64,000 bases of DNA, taken from positions 1,600,001-1,664,000 of the forward strand of contig OY762897.2 of assembly GCA_963666515.2 (NCBI GenBank), read 5' to 3'. Below, piece after piece: positions 48,674-57,154 of the stretch. The notes below the pieces were generated by a model that saw only the letters and a list, made by a program, of their open reading frames with translations, was not told the origin of the DNA and did not search any database. How positions within the stretch are numbered: position 1 is the first letter of the stretch; every line of letters starts with the position of its first letter. Made by a program: the position numbers and the translations under genes. This stretch comes from Candidatus Binatia bacterium (GTDB lineage: Bacteria > Desulfobacterota > Binatia > UBA9968 > JAJDTQ01).

Positions 48674-49459
48674 GTGGGACGCATCCAGGGAAAGGTCGCA
48701 TTCATCACCGGCGGCGGAGGCGGCATCGGCGCCGCCACCGCCATGCTGTTCGCGGAGGAAGGCGCCCGGCTGGTGCTCGTGGACCGCGACGGCGCCTCCG
48801 CCGACGCCGCGGCCGCCGATATCCGCGACAGGCTCCCCTCGGCGGACGTCATGCCCATGGCGGCGGACTTGAGCGACGAGACGCAGACGAACCGCGCGGT
48901 GGACGCCGCGGCGGCCTACTTCGGCGGCCTCGACATCCTCGTCAACGTCGCCGGGATCCGGGTATACGGGGCCCTCGCGGAAGCCGAGCCGGACAGTTGG
49001 GACTCCATCCTGGCGGTCAATCTCATGGCCACCGTCCATTGTTGCAGGGCCGCCATCCCGCTGCTGCGGTCGCGCGGCGGCGGCAGCATCGTCAACGTCT
49101 CTTCGGTCTTCGGGGTCACCGGACGGGCGGGAATGGGACAGTACGACGTAACCAAGGCCGCGGTGGTGAGCCTCAGCCGCACACTGGCCATCGAGGAGGC
49201 GAGTCACGGGATTCGGGTCAACGCCGTCTGTCCCGGCCCCACCATCACGCCCTTCCACATCCAACGGGCCAAGGCCCGCGGCGTGAGCGAGGAAGAAATG
49301 CGCCGCACCGGCGCGCAGCACACGCTGATGAAACGGTGGGCCGAGCCCCGTGAGGTGGCCCATACCATCCTGTTCCTGGCCGGCGACGAGTCGTCCTTCG
49401 TCACCGGCACGGCGCTGGTGGTGGACGGCGGCGCCTCTGCCGCGGTCGGCAGGTCTTGA
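48674..49459 (+). CDS. Short-chain dehydrogenase/reductase
   Basis: TGGGGGIG, NVAG, YDVTK, IRVNAVCPG, VDGG. Confidence 0.92.
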   Translation: MGRIQGKVAFITGGGGGIGAATAMLFAEEGARLVLVDRDGASADAAAADIRDRLPSADVMPMAADLSDETQTNRAVDAAAAYFGGLDILVNVAGIRVYGALAEAEPDSWDSILAVNLMATVHCCRAAIPLLRSRGGGSIVNVSSVFGVTGRAGMGQYDVTKAAVVSLSRTLAIEEASHGIRVNAVCPGPTITPFHIQRAKARGVSEEEMRRTGAQHTLMKRWAEPREVAHTILFLAGDESSFVTGTALVVDGGASAAVGRS

Positions 49460-49473
49460 CGCGAACGGCGGCC

Positions 49474-49824
49474 TCAGTCCGCCAGCGGCACCACCGCGAA
49501 GACGTGGGGCTCGTCGCCGATGACGCGGCTCCGGTGGCCGCGCCCGGTCAGGTCGTCCGCAAGCATGATGTCGCCGGCCTGGAACCGCCGCACCTCGCCG
49601 CCGCCGCATTCGATGTCCCACTGCCCGGACAGCGTGAACAGGTACTGGCGCCGCGGCGCCGGGTGCCAGTCCAACAGCACGCCGGGCGGCACTCGCCGCA
49701 CGTGCACGCTCTTGGCGTCTCCGAGAGACGTGCTTTCCATGTTGCGGTCCGGCTGGAAGTCCAACTCGATCTCCTCGAAATGGGATTCGCCGTCGTCGCC
49801 GCTGTAGAGTCTCACTGCCTGCAT
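49474..49824 (-). CDS. Cupin-like protein
   Basis: DDGESHFE, WHPAPRRQ, DLTGRGH. Confidence 0.82.
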   Translation of the reverse strand: MQAVRLYSGDDGESHFEEIELDFQPDRNMESTSLGDAKSVHVRRVPPGVLLDWHPAPRRQYLFTLSGQWDIECGGGEVRRFQAGDIMLADDLTGRGHRSRVIGDEPHVFAVVPLAD

Positions 49825-49825
49825 G

Positions 49826-51007
49826 TTACCCCGCTTTCTTCTCGCCCTCATTCCAGACCACGGCGCCCGCCGTCGTGGGCACGCACGCGGCCTTGACAGT
49901 ATCCCGGATAATCCCCTTGGGATCCTCGCCCCGCTTGACCGCCTCGATGGCGGTCCGAAGTATCCTGCGGAACATCAGCACCCCTTCATCCGAAGTGACG
50001 TGATGCTCCAGCCGGTGGTTGGCGATCTCGCCCTGCCCTTCCTGGGCTTCCTTGTCGTCGGGATGGCGCTGGCTGTACTCGTAGCTCGTGTCCGACCTTC
50101 CGCCGGGCGCGAGCTTTGCGCGTCCGCTCAAAACGGTCTCGTCCACGTCCTCCGGCATCCACCGGATGTTGGCCGACCTGACGTGCGTGTCGTCCACGGG
50201 AACACAAAAGGAGACCTGGTTTACTTTCGTCGTCTTGAGCTCGTCCGTGTAGACAAGGTGGGCGTTCAGGGGCATGACCATCTCCCAGATCAACTCGGCC
50301 CACCGGCCGCCGTCGAGCTTCTGGACCATGACGAAACGCATGCCCATCTCCGTCTCTTCGTATCGGAGTTCCTCCGGCAGCGAGGTGAACACCTGGGTGG
50401 GGAACTGGGAGCCGCTGTGAAGCGTATGCAGCCACACGGTGTGCAGCGCGTCCATGAGGTTTTCCTCGGTCTGGAGCCAGTTGCAGTCGACGGAACCCCC
50501 AATGCGCGGCCCGAACCTCGCGTAGAATTTCCCTCCCTCATGGACCCAGGCGTCGTACTTGGGAAGCTCCGGCATCTTCTCCAGCGGCCCCATGTAGGCG
50601 AAGACCAGGCCGCCGAACTCCCGCACCGGGTACGCCGGGTGCCATAGATGGTCCTTCACCGTGCTTTCGGGCGGTTCCAGCGGCATGTCGAGGATGCGCC
50701 CCTCCACGTCGTAGAGCCAGCCGTGATAGCAGCAACGCAACCCGTCCCGCTCTACCCGTCCATACTCCAATGAGGTGCCCCGGTGGCTGCAACGAAAGAA
50801 GAGCAGCCCCGCCCGGCCTTCGCCGTCACGGAAGGCGACGAGATCCTCGCCAAGGATGCGGATGCGCTTGGGCAGATCTCCCAGATCGCGGGACAGGCAC
50901 ACCGGCTGCCAGTAGCGGCGCATCAACTCGCCGCAGGGCGTGCCCGGGCCGACACGGGTCAGTTCCGGATCGATTTCGGGGATCTTGAAGCCGTAGGCGC
51001 TCCTCAT
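49826..51007 (-). CDS. Rieske oxygenase alpha subunit, close paralog of 43030..44211
   Basis: Same length (393 aa), near-identical Rieske domain, ENLMDALHTVWLH. Confidence 0.9.
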   Translation of the reverse strand: MRSAYGFKIPEIDPELTRVGPGTPCGELMRRYWQPVCLSRDLGDLPKRIRILGEDLVAFRDGEGRAGLLFFRCSHRGTSLEYGRVERDGLRCCYHGWLYDVEGRILDMPLEPPESTVKDHLWHPAYPVREFGGLVFAYMGPLEKMPELPKYDAWVHEGGKFYARFGPRIGGSVDCNWLQTEENLMDALHTVWLHTLHSGSQFPTQVFTSLPEELRYEETEMGMRFVMVQKLDGGRWAELIWEMVMPLNAHLVYTDELKTTKVNQVSFCVPVDDTHVRSANIRWMPEDVDETVLSGRAKLAPGGRSDTSYEYSQRHPDDKEAQEGQGEIANHRLEHHVTSDEGVLMFRRILRTAIEAVKRGEDPKGIIRDTVKAACVPTTAGAVVWNEGEKKAG

Positions 51008-51155
51008 GGAGACGCTCCTCTCCGGTCCGGATCGTTCAGGACCCTAGAATCCTTGATCGACAGGATCTTGACTCAGGAAGACAAGATATTTGAACTGGAC
51101 TTCGTTCGTACATGAATACTATCGTAGGCCATCGCGAGTTGTAACGCTCGGTAGT

Positions 51156-52763
51156 TTAAGCGACGAGCTTCGCCTCATCGCAAATGGCATCGAGGTTCCT
51201 GGTGATGGCGGCAAAGCGCCGATGGGTCTTGGTATTGCCGCTCACGGCGTCGGGCGCAAGATGGGCCAGGCCGGGGCGAAGGATGCGGTTGTAGACACGC
51301 GTGTAGAACATCGCCACCTTGAGGCCGTGTTCGGTCAAGTGGTAGCGGTAGGCGCCGGGGATGCGCTCGATCAGGCCGTGCAGGCGCAGGCGTCTCAGGT
51401 CGTAACTCATTCGGCCCGGGCGCATTGGACTGGGATCGAGGCCCAGGAGTGCACCGAGGTGCCCGCGCAGGTCGCGGTTGGAGAAGCCGCGGGCCGAAAG
51501 AGTGAACAAGAGCAGGGCCTGCATCAGAGCCTGCACGCGCTCATCGGCGAAGCGCAGGGCCGAGGCGCGTTGTCCGTGGAACTCCAGGCCGCGTTGATGG
51601 CGTTGGAGTTCGTCTTCACCCAGGGCACAGTCGTGGCTGATGGTTTCTATCTGCAACAGACGACGGTTGGCTGTGAAGCCGACCTGGCACAACGCCGCCA
51701 GGTTAGACAGCCGCCGGCCCAGGGCGAAGTCATAGGTGTCGTTGACGGTGGTCTCGGTGCGCAGCGCCTGCCCTTCCTTGTGGTACTGCTTGATGCGCGA
51801 GTGCTTGTAGTCCACGTGCAAGGAAGGGGTGACGCCTGCGGTGATGACCCGGGTACGGAACCGACCGGGGGTGCGCCGGGTGACCCGGCGCTGGAAGATC
51901 AACTGCACCTGGCTGGGGCGACCGAGATCGAGGTTCTCGCGGATCACGTCCTCGAAAAAGACGCGGCCCGAGGCCGGGCGGTCGAGCACCTGGGTCAGGC
52001 TGAACTCCGCTTGCAGGATGGAGATGTCGTAGCGCAGACCGGCGCGACGGTCCTGAGGCGTATACGGATGCGGCAGGCGATCGAACCACTTGCGCGCCAG
52101 TCTGTCGATGAAAGCGGCATCGAAGCCTTCGCAGATCTGTTGCAGCGCCTCGGGGTCTCCGCAGCAGCGCACGCCGTTGTCCAAAGCCTCGAACGGGATG
52201 CCGCGCTCGCGCAACTGGCACTTGGCGTACTCGTTGCCGTTGAGGCACAGCTTGCCGTTGTACGGGAAGTAGGTGCAGAACTTGATGAAGAACGGCCCCG
52301 CCTGTTTGTCCACGCAATAGAAATACACATGGTTGACCATCGCGGTAGACGAGACCACCCACGGATAGGTGACCCCGGTGTCCGGGTTCCGGCGCCGCTC
52401 GGTGCGCATCACACGGGCCTTCTCCTGCGCTATCCCGATGTACAAAACCCCTTCGGTTCCCTTGAACCGCCCCAGGTACTCCTGCGTCACCTCGTCCTTG
52501 CGCTGGCCCTTCTTGAAGTGCACCACCTCGATCTGCTCCCGCTCCGCAAAGTCCTTCACCGCCTGCACGAACTCCCGACTCTTGGGCGCCAGCGCCACCG
52601 TCGACGCAAACCGCTGGCCATGGTGCTTGTGCAGATACCCCACTACCCCGCCCACGCTCTGCAACTGCGGCACATACAGGTTCAAGTACAGGCGATCCAC
52701 CGACTCGTATTCCAGCGTCACGTGATCGCGCAATACTTCCGCTACGGTTTGTGGTAGGCTCAT
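51156..52763 (-). CDS. Putative transposase/Rep-like protein (535 aa) with C-terminal wHTH
   Basis: ESVDRLYLN, ILQAEFS, RIKQYHK, LRTETTVND; wHTH GFSNRDLR...SYDLRRLRLHGLIERIP; GGAG RBS before ATG 52763. Confidence 0.7.
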   Translation of the reverse strand: MSLPQTVAEVLRDHVTLEYESVDRLYLNLYVPQLQSVGGVVGYLHKHHGQRFASTVALAPKSREFVQAVKDFAEREQIEVVHFKKGQRKDEVTQEYLGRFKGTEGVLYIGIAQEKARVMRTERRRNPDTGVTYPWVVSSTAMVNHVYFYCVDKQAGPFFIKFCTYFPYNGKLCLNGNEYAKCQLRERGIPFEALDNGVRCCGDPEALQQICEGFDAAFIDRLARKWFDRLPHPYTPQDRRAGLRYDISILQAEFSLTQVLDRPASGRVFFEDVIRENLDLGRPSQVQLIFQRRVTRRTPGRFRTRVITAGVTPSLHVDYKHSRIKQYHKEGQALRTETTVNDTYDFALGRRLSNLAALCQVGFTANRRLLQIETISHDCALGEDELQRHQRGLEFHGQRASALRFADERVQALMQALLLFTLSARGFSNRDLRGHLGALLGLDPSPMRPGRMSYDLRRLRLHGLIERIPGAYRYHLTEHGLKVAMFYTRVYNRILRPGLAHLAPDAVSGNTKTHRRFAAITRNLDAICDEAKLVA

Positions 52764-52767
52764 GTCC

Positions 52768-52871
52768 GGCTCCGGTTGCTTCGGGCTTTTATGCCCATTT
52801 GACCCTTTGAGGTCCGACCTTGCAAGGTCCCATGACCAGGGATTCAATCCCTGCTACAAGCGACCGGAGCC
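52768..52871. other. Multibranch structured leader (RNA or ssDNA) of the element
   Basis: 14-bp closing stem 52768-81/52858-71 enclosing four hairpins. Confidence 0.7.
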
Positions 52872-52917
52872 AATCCCCTTACCCCCTCGTCGGTCTGAGG
52901 CGAAGCCTCGCTAGGAA

Positions 52918-53017
52918 ATGGCGTCCTTCGACTTCGCTTCGCTACGCTCAGGACGAACGGGAACAGGTTTCCAAACGTTCGTCCTGAGCGTAGCGAAGCG
53001 AAGTCGAAGGACGCCAT
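52918..53017. repeat. REP-like perfect 42-bp inverted repeat with 16-nt spacer
   Basis: ATGGCGTCCTTCGACTTCGCTTCGCTACGCTCAGGACGAACG (52918-59) and its reverse complement (52976-53017). Confidence 0.92.
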
Positions 53018-53033
53018 CTACGCGGGAACGCAA

Positions 53034-53084
53034 ACCGGCCGGGACACGTGGATGGAGAAACCATGCCGGCGTGTCCCGGCCGGT
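53034..53084 (-). terminator. GC-rich hairpin downstream of the tandem tctC genes
   Basis: ACCGGCCGGGACACG / CGTGTCCCGGCCGGT 15-bp stem, short T tract on the minus strand. Confidence 0.5.
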
Positions 53085-53118
53085 GGAGTATTCGCGGTGA
53101 CTCGAGAAAGCTCCGCTA

Positions 53119-54111
53119 CTACTTCTTCTGCAAGGCCTCCTTGAATATGGGCGCGTAGTGGTTGATCAGGCCGTAGAAGCCATCAAGCGTCTTGTTCCAG
53201 TCCTCACCCACGACCGGCGACATCTTGGCTTTCATCCTCTTGAACCTGGCGATGACCTCCGGATCCTTCAGCGCCGTCTCGAACGCCTTTTGCAGGATCA
53301 TCTGCCGGTCCTTGGGCATACCCGGCGGAGCGGTGGCCACGCGGTGTGAGGCGAGAACGCTGAGCTGCGGAAAACCCAGTTCCCCTACGGTGGGGACGTC
53401 GGGGTACCTGGGATCGCGCTTGTCCAGGTAGACCCACATGGGCCTCATGTTGCCGTCCTCCACGAACACCATCTGGCCCGGGGAATCCAGGCCCAGGGCC
53501 CTGGCGTGGCCCTCCCCTCTGACGATGCCCATGTTGGCCGCGGGAGCGCCCGGATAACCCAGGATGAACTTCGGATTGAACCCCATGACCTTGGCGGTCA
53601 ACAGGTTCGCGATCCATCCGGTGGCGCCTACCCCCGTGCCGGTGAGAAGGACCTCCTTGGCTTCCTGGAAGTCCTTGAGGTTTTGGAACTTGGTCTTGGC
53701 GCCCACCGCCCAGACGTAGGGGCCGGAGGATATCCGTCCGAGCCAGGAAAACTCCTTCAGCTTGTAGACCGGCTTGGGATCCGCGAACAGCTCGGAGACG
53801 ATGGCCCCGGGGATGTTGACGGTGCCGATGGTGTAGCCGTCTGGTTTGGCTTTCCACAGCAGGTTCCAGGAAATGGTTCCGCCGGCGCCCGGCCGGTTCC
53901 TGAGAATGACGTTCACGCCGAGGGCTTTCTTCAACCCGACGCTCACCGCCCGGCTGTGAAGATCGAACCCGCCCGCGGGTGCGTAGGGGATCAACCACGT
54001 GATGGTCTTGCCCTTCTCCGGCCAAGTCCCTTGAGCTGACGCATCCTGTGCGGGTACCGTCATCCCAAGGACGGCCAACAAAGAAAACACGCCGATCAGC
54101 TTACGCAACAT
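53119..54111 (-). CDS. Bug/TctC substrate-binding protein
   Basis: Signal peptide; PYAPAGGFD, NRPGAGG, KPDGYTI, PDVPT. Confidence 0.9.
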   Translation of the reverse strand: MLRKLIGVFSLLAVLGMTVPAQDASAQGTWPEKGKTITWLIPYAPAGGFDLHSRAVSVGLKKALGVNVILRNRPGAGGTISWNLLWKAKPDGYTIGTVNIPGAIVSELFADPKPVYKLKEFSWLGRISSGPYVWAVGAKTKFQNLKDFQEAKEVLLTGTGVGATGWIANLLTAKVMGFNPKFILGYPGAPAANMGIVRGEGHARALGLDSPGQMVFVEDGNMRPMWVYLDKRDPRYPDVPTVGELGFPQLSVLASHRVATAPPGMPKDRQMILQKAFETALKDPEVIARFKRMKAKMSPVVGEDWNKTLDGFYGLINHYAPIFKEALQKK

Positions 54112-54175
54112 CGAAAACCTCCTTGCCGGTTTGGTGCCTGTGCTCGCTTGTGTCCAGATGGTCCGTTCTCTTCCA

Positions 54176-55162
54176 CTACTTCTGCAGCGCCGCCTTGAAG
54201 ACGTCGCCATGCTCCTGAATCAGGCCATAGAAGTCCCCTAGCATCTTGTTCCAGTCCTCGCCCACCACCGGTTCTATGCGCGCCTTCATCTTGTTGAACC
54301 GGTCCAGCACTTCCGGGTCCCTGGTGGCCGCGTCGAACGCCTTCTGGAGCAGGGCCAGCCGGTCCTTGGGCATGCCCGGAGGAGCGGCCACCACCCGGTG
54401 GGAGGCAAGCACCGAAAGGCCCGGATAACCCAACTCTCCCACCGTCGGGACGTTGGGGAAGTCCGGATCGCGCTTGTCCAGGTAGACCCACATGGGCCTC
54501 ATGGTGCCGTCATGGATGAACGCCATCTGGCCCGGCGAGTCCAGGCCGAGGCCGCGGGCGTGACCCTCGCCTCTGACGATCGCCATGTTGGCGGCCGGGG
54601 CACTGGGGAAGCCCAGTATCTGCTTGATGTTGAACTTCATGACCCTACCGGTCAGGGTCGACGTGACCCACTCCGTGCCGCCGACCCCGGAGCCGGTGAC
54701 GAGGACTTCCTTGGCCTTCCGGAAGTCCTCAAGCGTCTTGAACGGCGTCTTCGCTCCCACCGCCCACATATACGGGGCGGCGGAGATTTGCCCGATCCAG
54801 GAGAACTCTTTCAGGCGGTACTCGGGGGTGGGTGTGCCGAACAGCTCGGAGACGATGGCGCCGGGGATGTTGACGGTGGTGATGGTGTAACCGTCGGGCT
54901 TGGCGCCCCAGGTGAGATTCCATGCGATATTCCCGCCCGCGCCGGGCCGGTTGCGGATGATGATGTTGACGCCGAGCGCCTTCTTCATGCCGATGATCAT
55001 GGCGCGGCTGTGGAGGTCGAACCCGCCGGCCGGACCGTAGGGAATCAGCCAAGTGATGGTCCTGCTCGGATACTTGTCCGCCGAGACGGCCGAACCCGAG
55101 AGGCCGAAGGCCAGCGCGATGATCCCGACCAGCAGTCCTGTCGCAATGCGTTTCGCTCGCAT
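54176..55162 (-). CDS. Bug/TctC substrate-binding protein (tandem paralog)
   Basis: PYGPAGGFD, NRPGAGG, KPDGYTI; long stretches identical to the neighbouring protein. Confidence 0.9.
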   Translation of the reverse strand: MRAKRIATGLLVGIIALAFGLSGSAVSADKYPSRTITWLIPYGPAGGFDLHSRAMIIGMKKALGVNIIIRNRPGAGGNIAWNLTWGAKPDGYTITTVNIPGAIVSELFGTPTPEYRLKEFSWIGQISAAPYMWAVGAKTPFKTLEDFRKAKEVLVTGSGVGGTEWVTSTLTGRVMKFNIKQILGFPSAPAANMAIVRGEGHARGLGLDSPGQMAFIHDGTMRPMWVYLDKRDPDFPNVPTVGELGYPGLSVLASHRVVAAPPGMPKDRLALLQKAFDAATRDPEVLDRFNKMKARIEPVVGEDWNKMLGDFYGLIQEHGDVFKAALQK

Positions 55163-55236
55163 GGGGCACCTCCGAAGTTTCGTTGGCGTCGCCCCCGTAT
55201 GCCACAGGCGCGATGAGCCTGTCAACGAAAGCAGAA

Positions 55237-55860
55237 TCAGATGAGGCTCTTGAAGTAGCTCAGATCCCCCTGCCCTTCGCGCAGGATCTCAGTGGTGTCG
55301 TCCACCAGCGAGATCACGCTGGATGCCAGCACCGGAAGAGTCCCGCACTCCATGATGAGGTCCACCCGATGCCCGAAGATCCTCTCCAGGTCGGCCGGAT
55401 TGGTCACCACCTCTTCGTCGCTCTCGTTGGCGCTGGTGCTGACTACGGGACTGCCGAGCTGCTCCACCAGCGCCAGCGGCACCGGGTGATTCGGTATCCG
55501 GATGCCCACGGTCTTCTGCTTGGACTGGAACACCCGGGGCGTTTCCTTGGTGGCAGCGAGCACGAACGTGTAGGGTCCGGGAAGGAACCGCTTCAGGATG
55601 CGGTGCGCGAAGTTCGACACGTGGCCGTAACGGCTCACCTGGACCAGGTCCGAGCAGACGAACGACATGGGTTTGTTGGCGTCGCGCCCCTTGATGCGGC
55701 GGATGCGCTCCACCGCGGCCTTGCTGGTCACGTCGCAGCCCAGGCCGTAGATCGTGTCGGTGGGATAGACGATGACGCCGTCGCGCTTCAAAACATCGAC
55801 GGCGCGGTCCACGTGCCGTCCCTTAAGGTGGTGGGGGTCGATGCTTAGAGTGGTGGCCAT
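55237..55860 (-). CDS. Sua5/YrdC/YciO family (threonylcarbamoyl-AMP synthase-like)
   Basis: YPTDTIYGL, KGR, LPGPYTF, VGIRIP, STSAN. Confidence 0.9.
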   Translation of the reverse strand: MATTLSIDPHHLKGRHVDRAVDVLKRDGVIVYPTDTIYGLGCDVTSKAAVERIRRIKGRDANKPMSFVCSDLVQVSRYGHVSNFAHRILKRFLPGPYTFVLAATKETPRVFQSKQKTVGIRIPNHPVPLALVEQLGSPVVSTSANESDEEVVTNPADLERIFGHRVDLIMECGTLPVLASSVISLVDDTTEILREGQGDLSYFKSLI

Positions 55861-55869
55861 AGGAGTCTC

Positions 55870-56952
55870 TCAGGGCGAGGACACATCCGTGCGCCGGGTC
55901 ATGAACAGGTCCACCGGAAGCCGCGTGCCCAAGCTCCGCTTCCGGGCTTCCTCCAGCACCAGGTGGCCGATGGCGGCGAACTGGATGCCCATGCCGCAGT
56001 TGTTGTTGTGGTGGGTGATCTCCGAGGCGGTGGTGCGGCCGGCGATATTGCCGATGACCAGGTCGCCCAGCTCGTGGATCTGCTCCCAGCCGATGATGCC
56101 CTTCCTGATCGGCGACATCAGCTCGGGTTGCTCGTCGATCTCCACCTGCTCCTTGGAGTTCACCACGATGAGGTCGCAGTTCTCGATGGCGGCGTCGTCC
56201 AGCTCCCGGCGCTTGTCGAACCAGTCCGGGCCGATCATGGAGACGACGTGGGTGCCGGGCTCCAGCAGGTCACCGTCGAACACCGGATCGCCGGAGTTGG
56301 TGGCGGTCACCACGATGTCCGAGTCGTGGACCACGTCCTCGGGCCGCCGCACGGCCCGCGCCTTGACGCCGTAGCGCTCGGTCACTTCCCTGGCGAAGCG
56401 CTGTCGGTTCTCCTCCCGCAGCGAGAACACCTTCACCTCCCGGATCTTCCGCACCGCGCAAAAGGCCGACACCTGGCCGTGGGCCTGGGTGCCGCTGCCG
56501 AAGATGCCCAGCACTGAGGCGTCCTCCCGCGCCAGGTACTTGGCCGCAACCCCGCTGGTGGCTCCGACGCGCAACGCCGACAGGTAGTGGTCGTGGACGA
56601 TGCCCTTGAGAGCCCGCTCCTTGATGCTGAACAGCAGCACGAAGCCGGCAAAGTCCCCGGGGAACTCCATGCGGCTCGCGCCATCGACATTGCGGAACCG
56701 TATCTGCGACGAATCGAGCCGCACCGCGGCGGTATCGAAGGCCGGAACCGCCCCGGGAATGACGTTCAGCCAGTACCAGGTGCGCTCCAGGCCCTCCTGC
56801 GGCATGTGCAGCCGGCGCCGGGGCATCCCCTCGGCGATCTTCCGGCCCAACTCGCGGTACGCCGTCTCCACCGCCTCCACGATCTCCCCCATGTCGAGGA
56901 GACCCTCCATGTCCTCGTTGGTCAGGACCCGCACGTCCTCATCAGCCATCAT
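55870..56952 (-). CDS. Ornithine cyclodeaminase / mu-crystallin family protein
   Basis: LRVGATSG, GIFGSGTQA, VTATNS, PGTHV, GMGIQ. Confidence 0.88.
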   Translation of the reverse strand: MMADEDVRVLTNEDMEGLLDMGEIVEAVETAYRELGRKIAEGMPRRRLHMPQEGLERTWYWLNVIPGAVPAFDTAAVRLDSSQIRFRNVDGASRMEFPGDFAGFVLLFSIKERALKGIVHDHYLSALRVGATSGVAAKYLAREDASVLGIFGSGTQAHGQVSAFCAVRKIREVKVFSLREENRQRFAREVTERYGVKARAVRRPEDVVHDSDIVVTATNSGDPVFDGDLLEPGTHVVSMIGPDWFDKRRELDDAAIENCDLIVVNSKEQVEIDEQPELMSPIRKGIIGWEQIHELGDLVIGNIAGRTTASEITHHNNNCGMGIQFAAIGHLVLEEARKRSLGTRLPVDLFMTRRTDVSSP

Positions 56953-57154
56953 GAACCCCTTCCGTCCCGGTGTTTCCTGCCGCGCACGTCCCGCGTGGGC
57001 TTCGACGCGGCCCCTGTCGGTTCAACGACTTACGTAGACCGGTGGTCAGTCCCCGTCAAGTCGCGCCTTGCCGGCGGGGTTGCCATCGGTTCTTCCGAGC
57101 CCTTTGACTTCCCTTGCAAACGGCCCGTACCGGTATATAAATTTCAAGAGGACA

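Larger units (their letters stand above)
51044..52914 (-). mobile_element. Putative IS-like element bounded by CTAG, no terminal IRs, hairpin-rich ends
   Basis: CTAG at 51044-47 and 52911-14; subterminal hairpins at both ends; single ORF unrelated to its neighbours. Confidence 0.6.

Noticed and set aside
51090-52757. 555-aa + strand ORF opposite the putative transposase
   Set aside because: Antisense shadow typical of GC-rich coding DNA; no motifs. The same applies to the many long shadow ORFs elsewhere (e.g. 17532..19628, 36552..38654, 43909..45771, 58896..60905).
56953-57154. Riboswitch in longer intergenic leaders (also 7755-7958, 35561-35767, 42809-43029)
   Set aside because: No recognisable aptamer consensus by eye; an Infernal/Rfam scan would be needed to exclude one.
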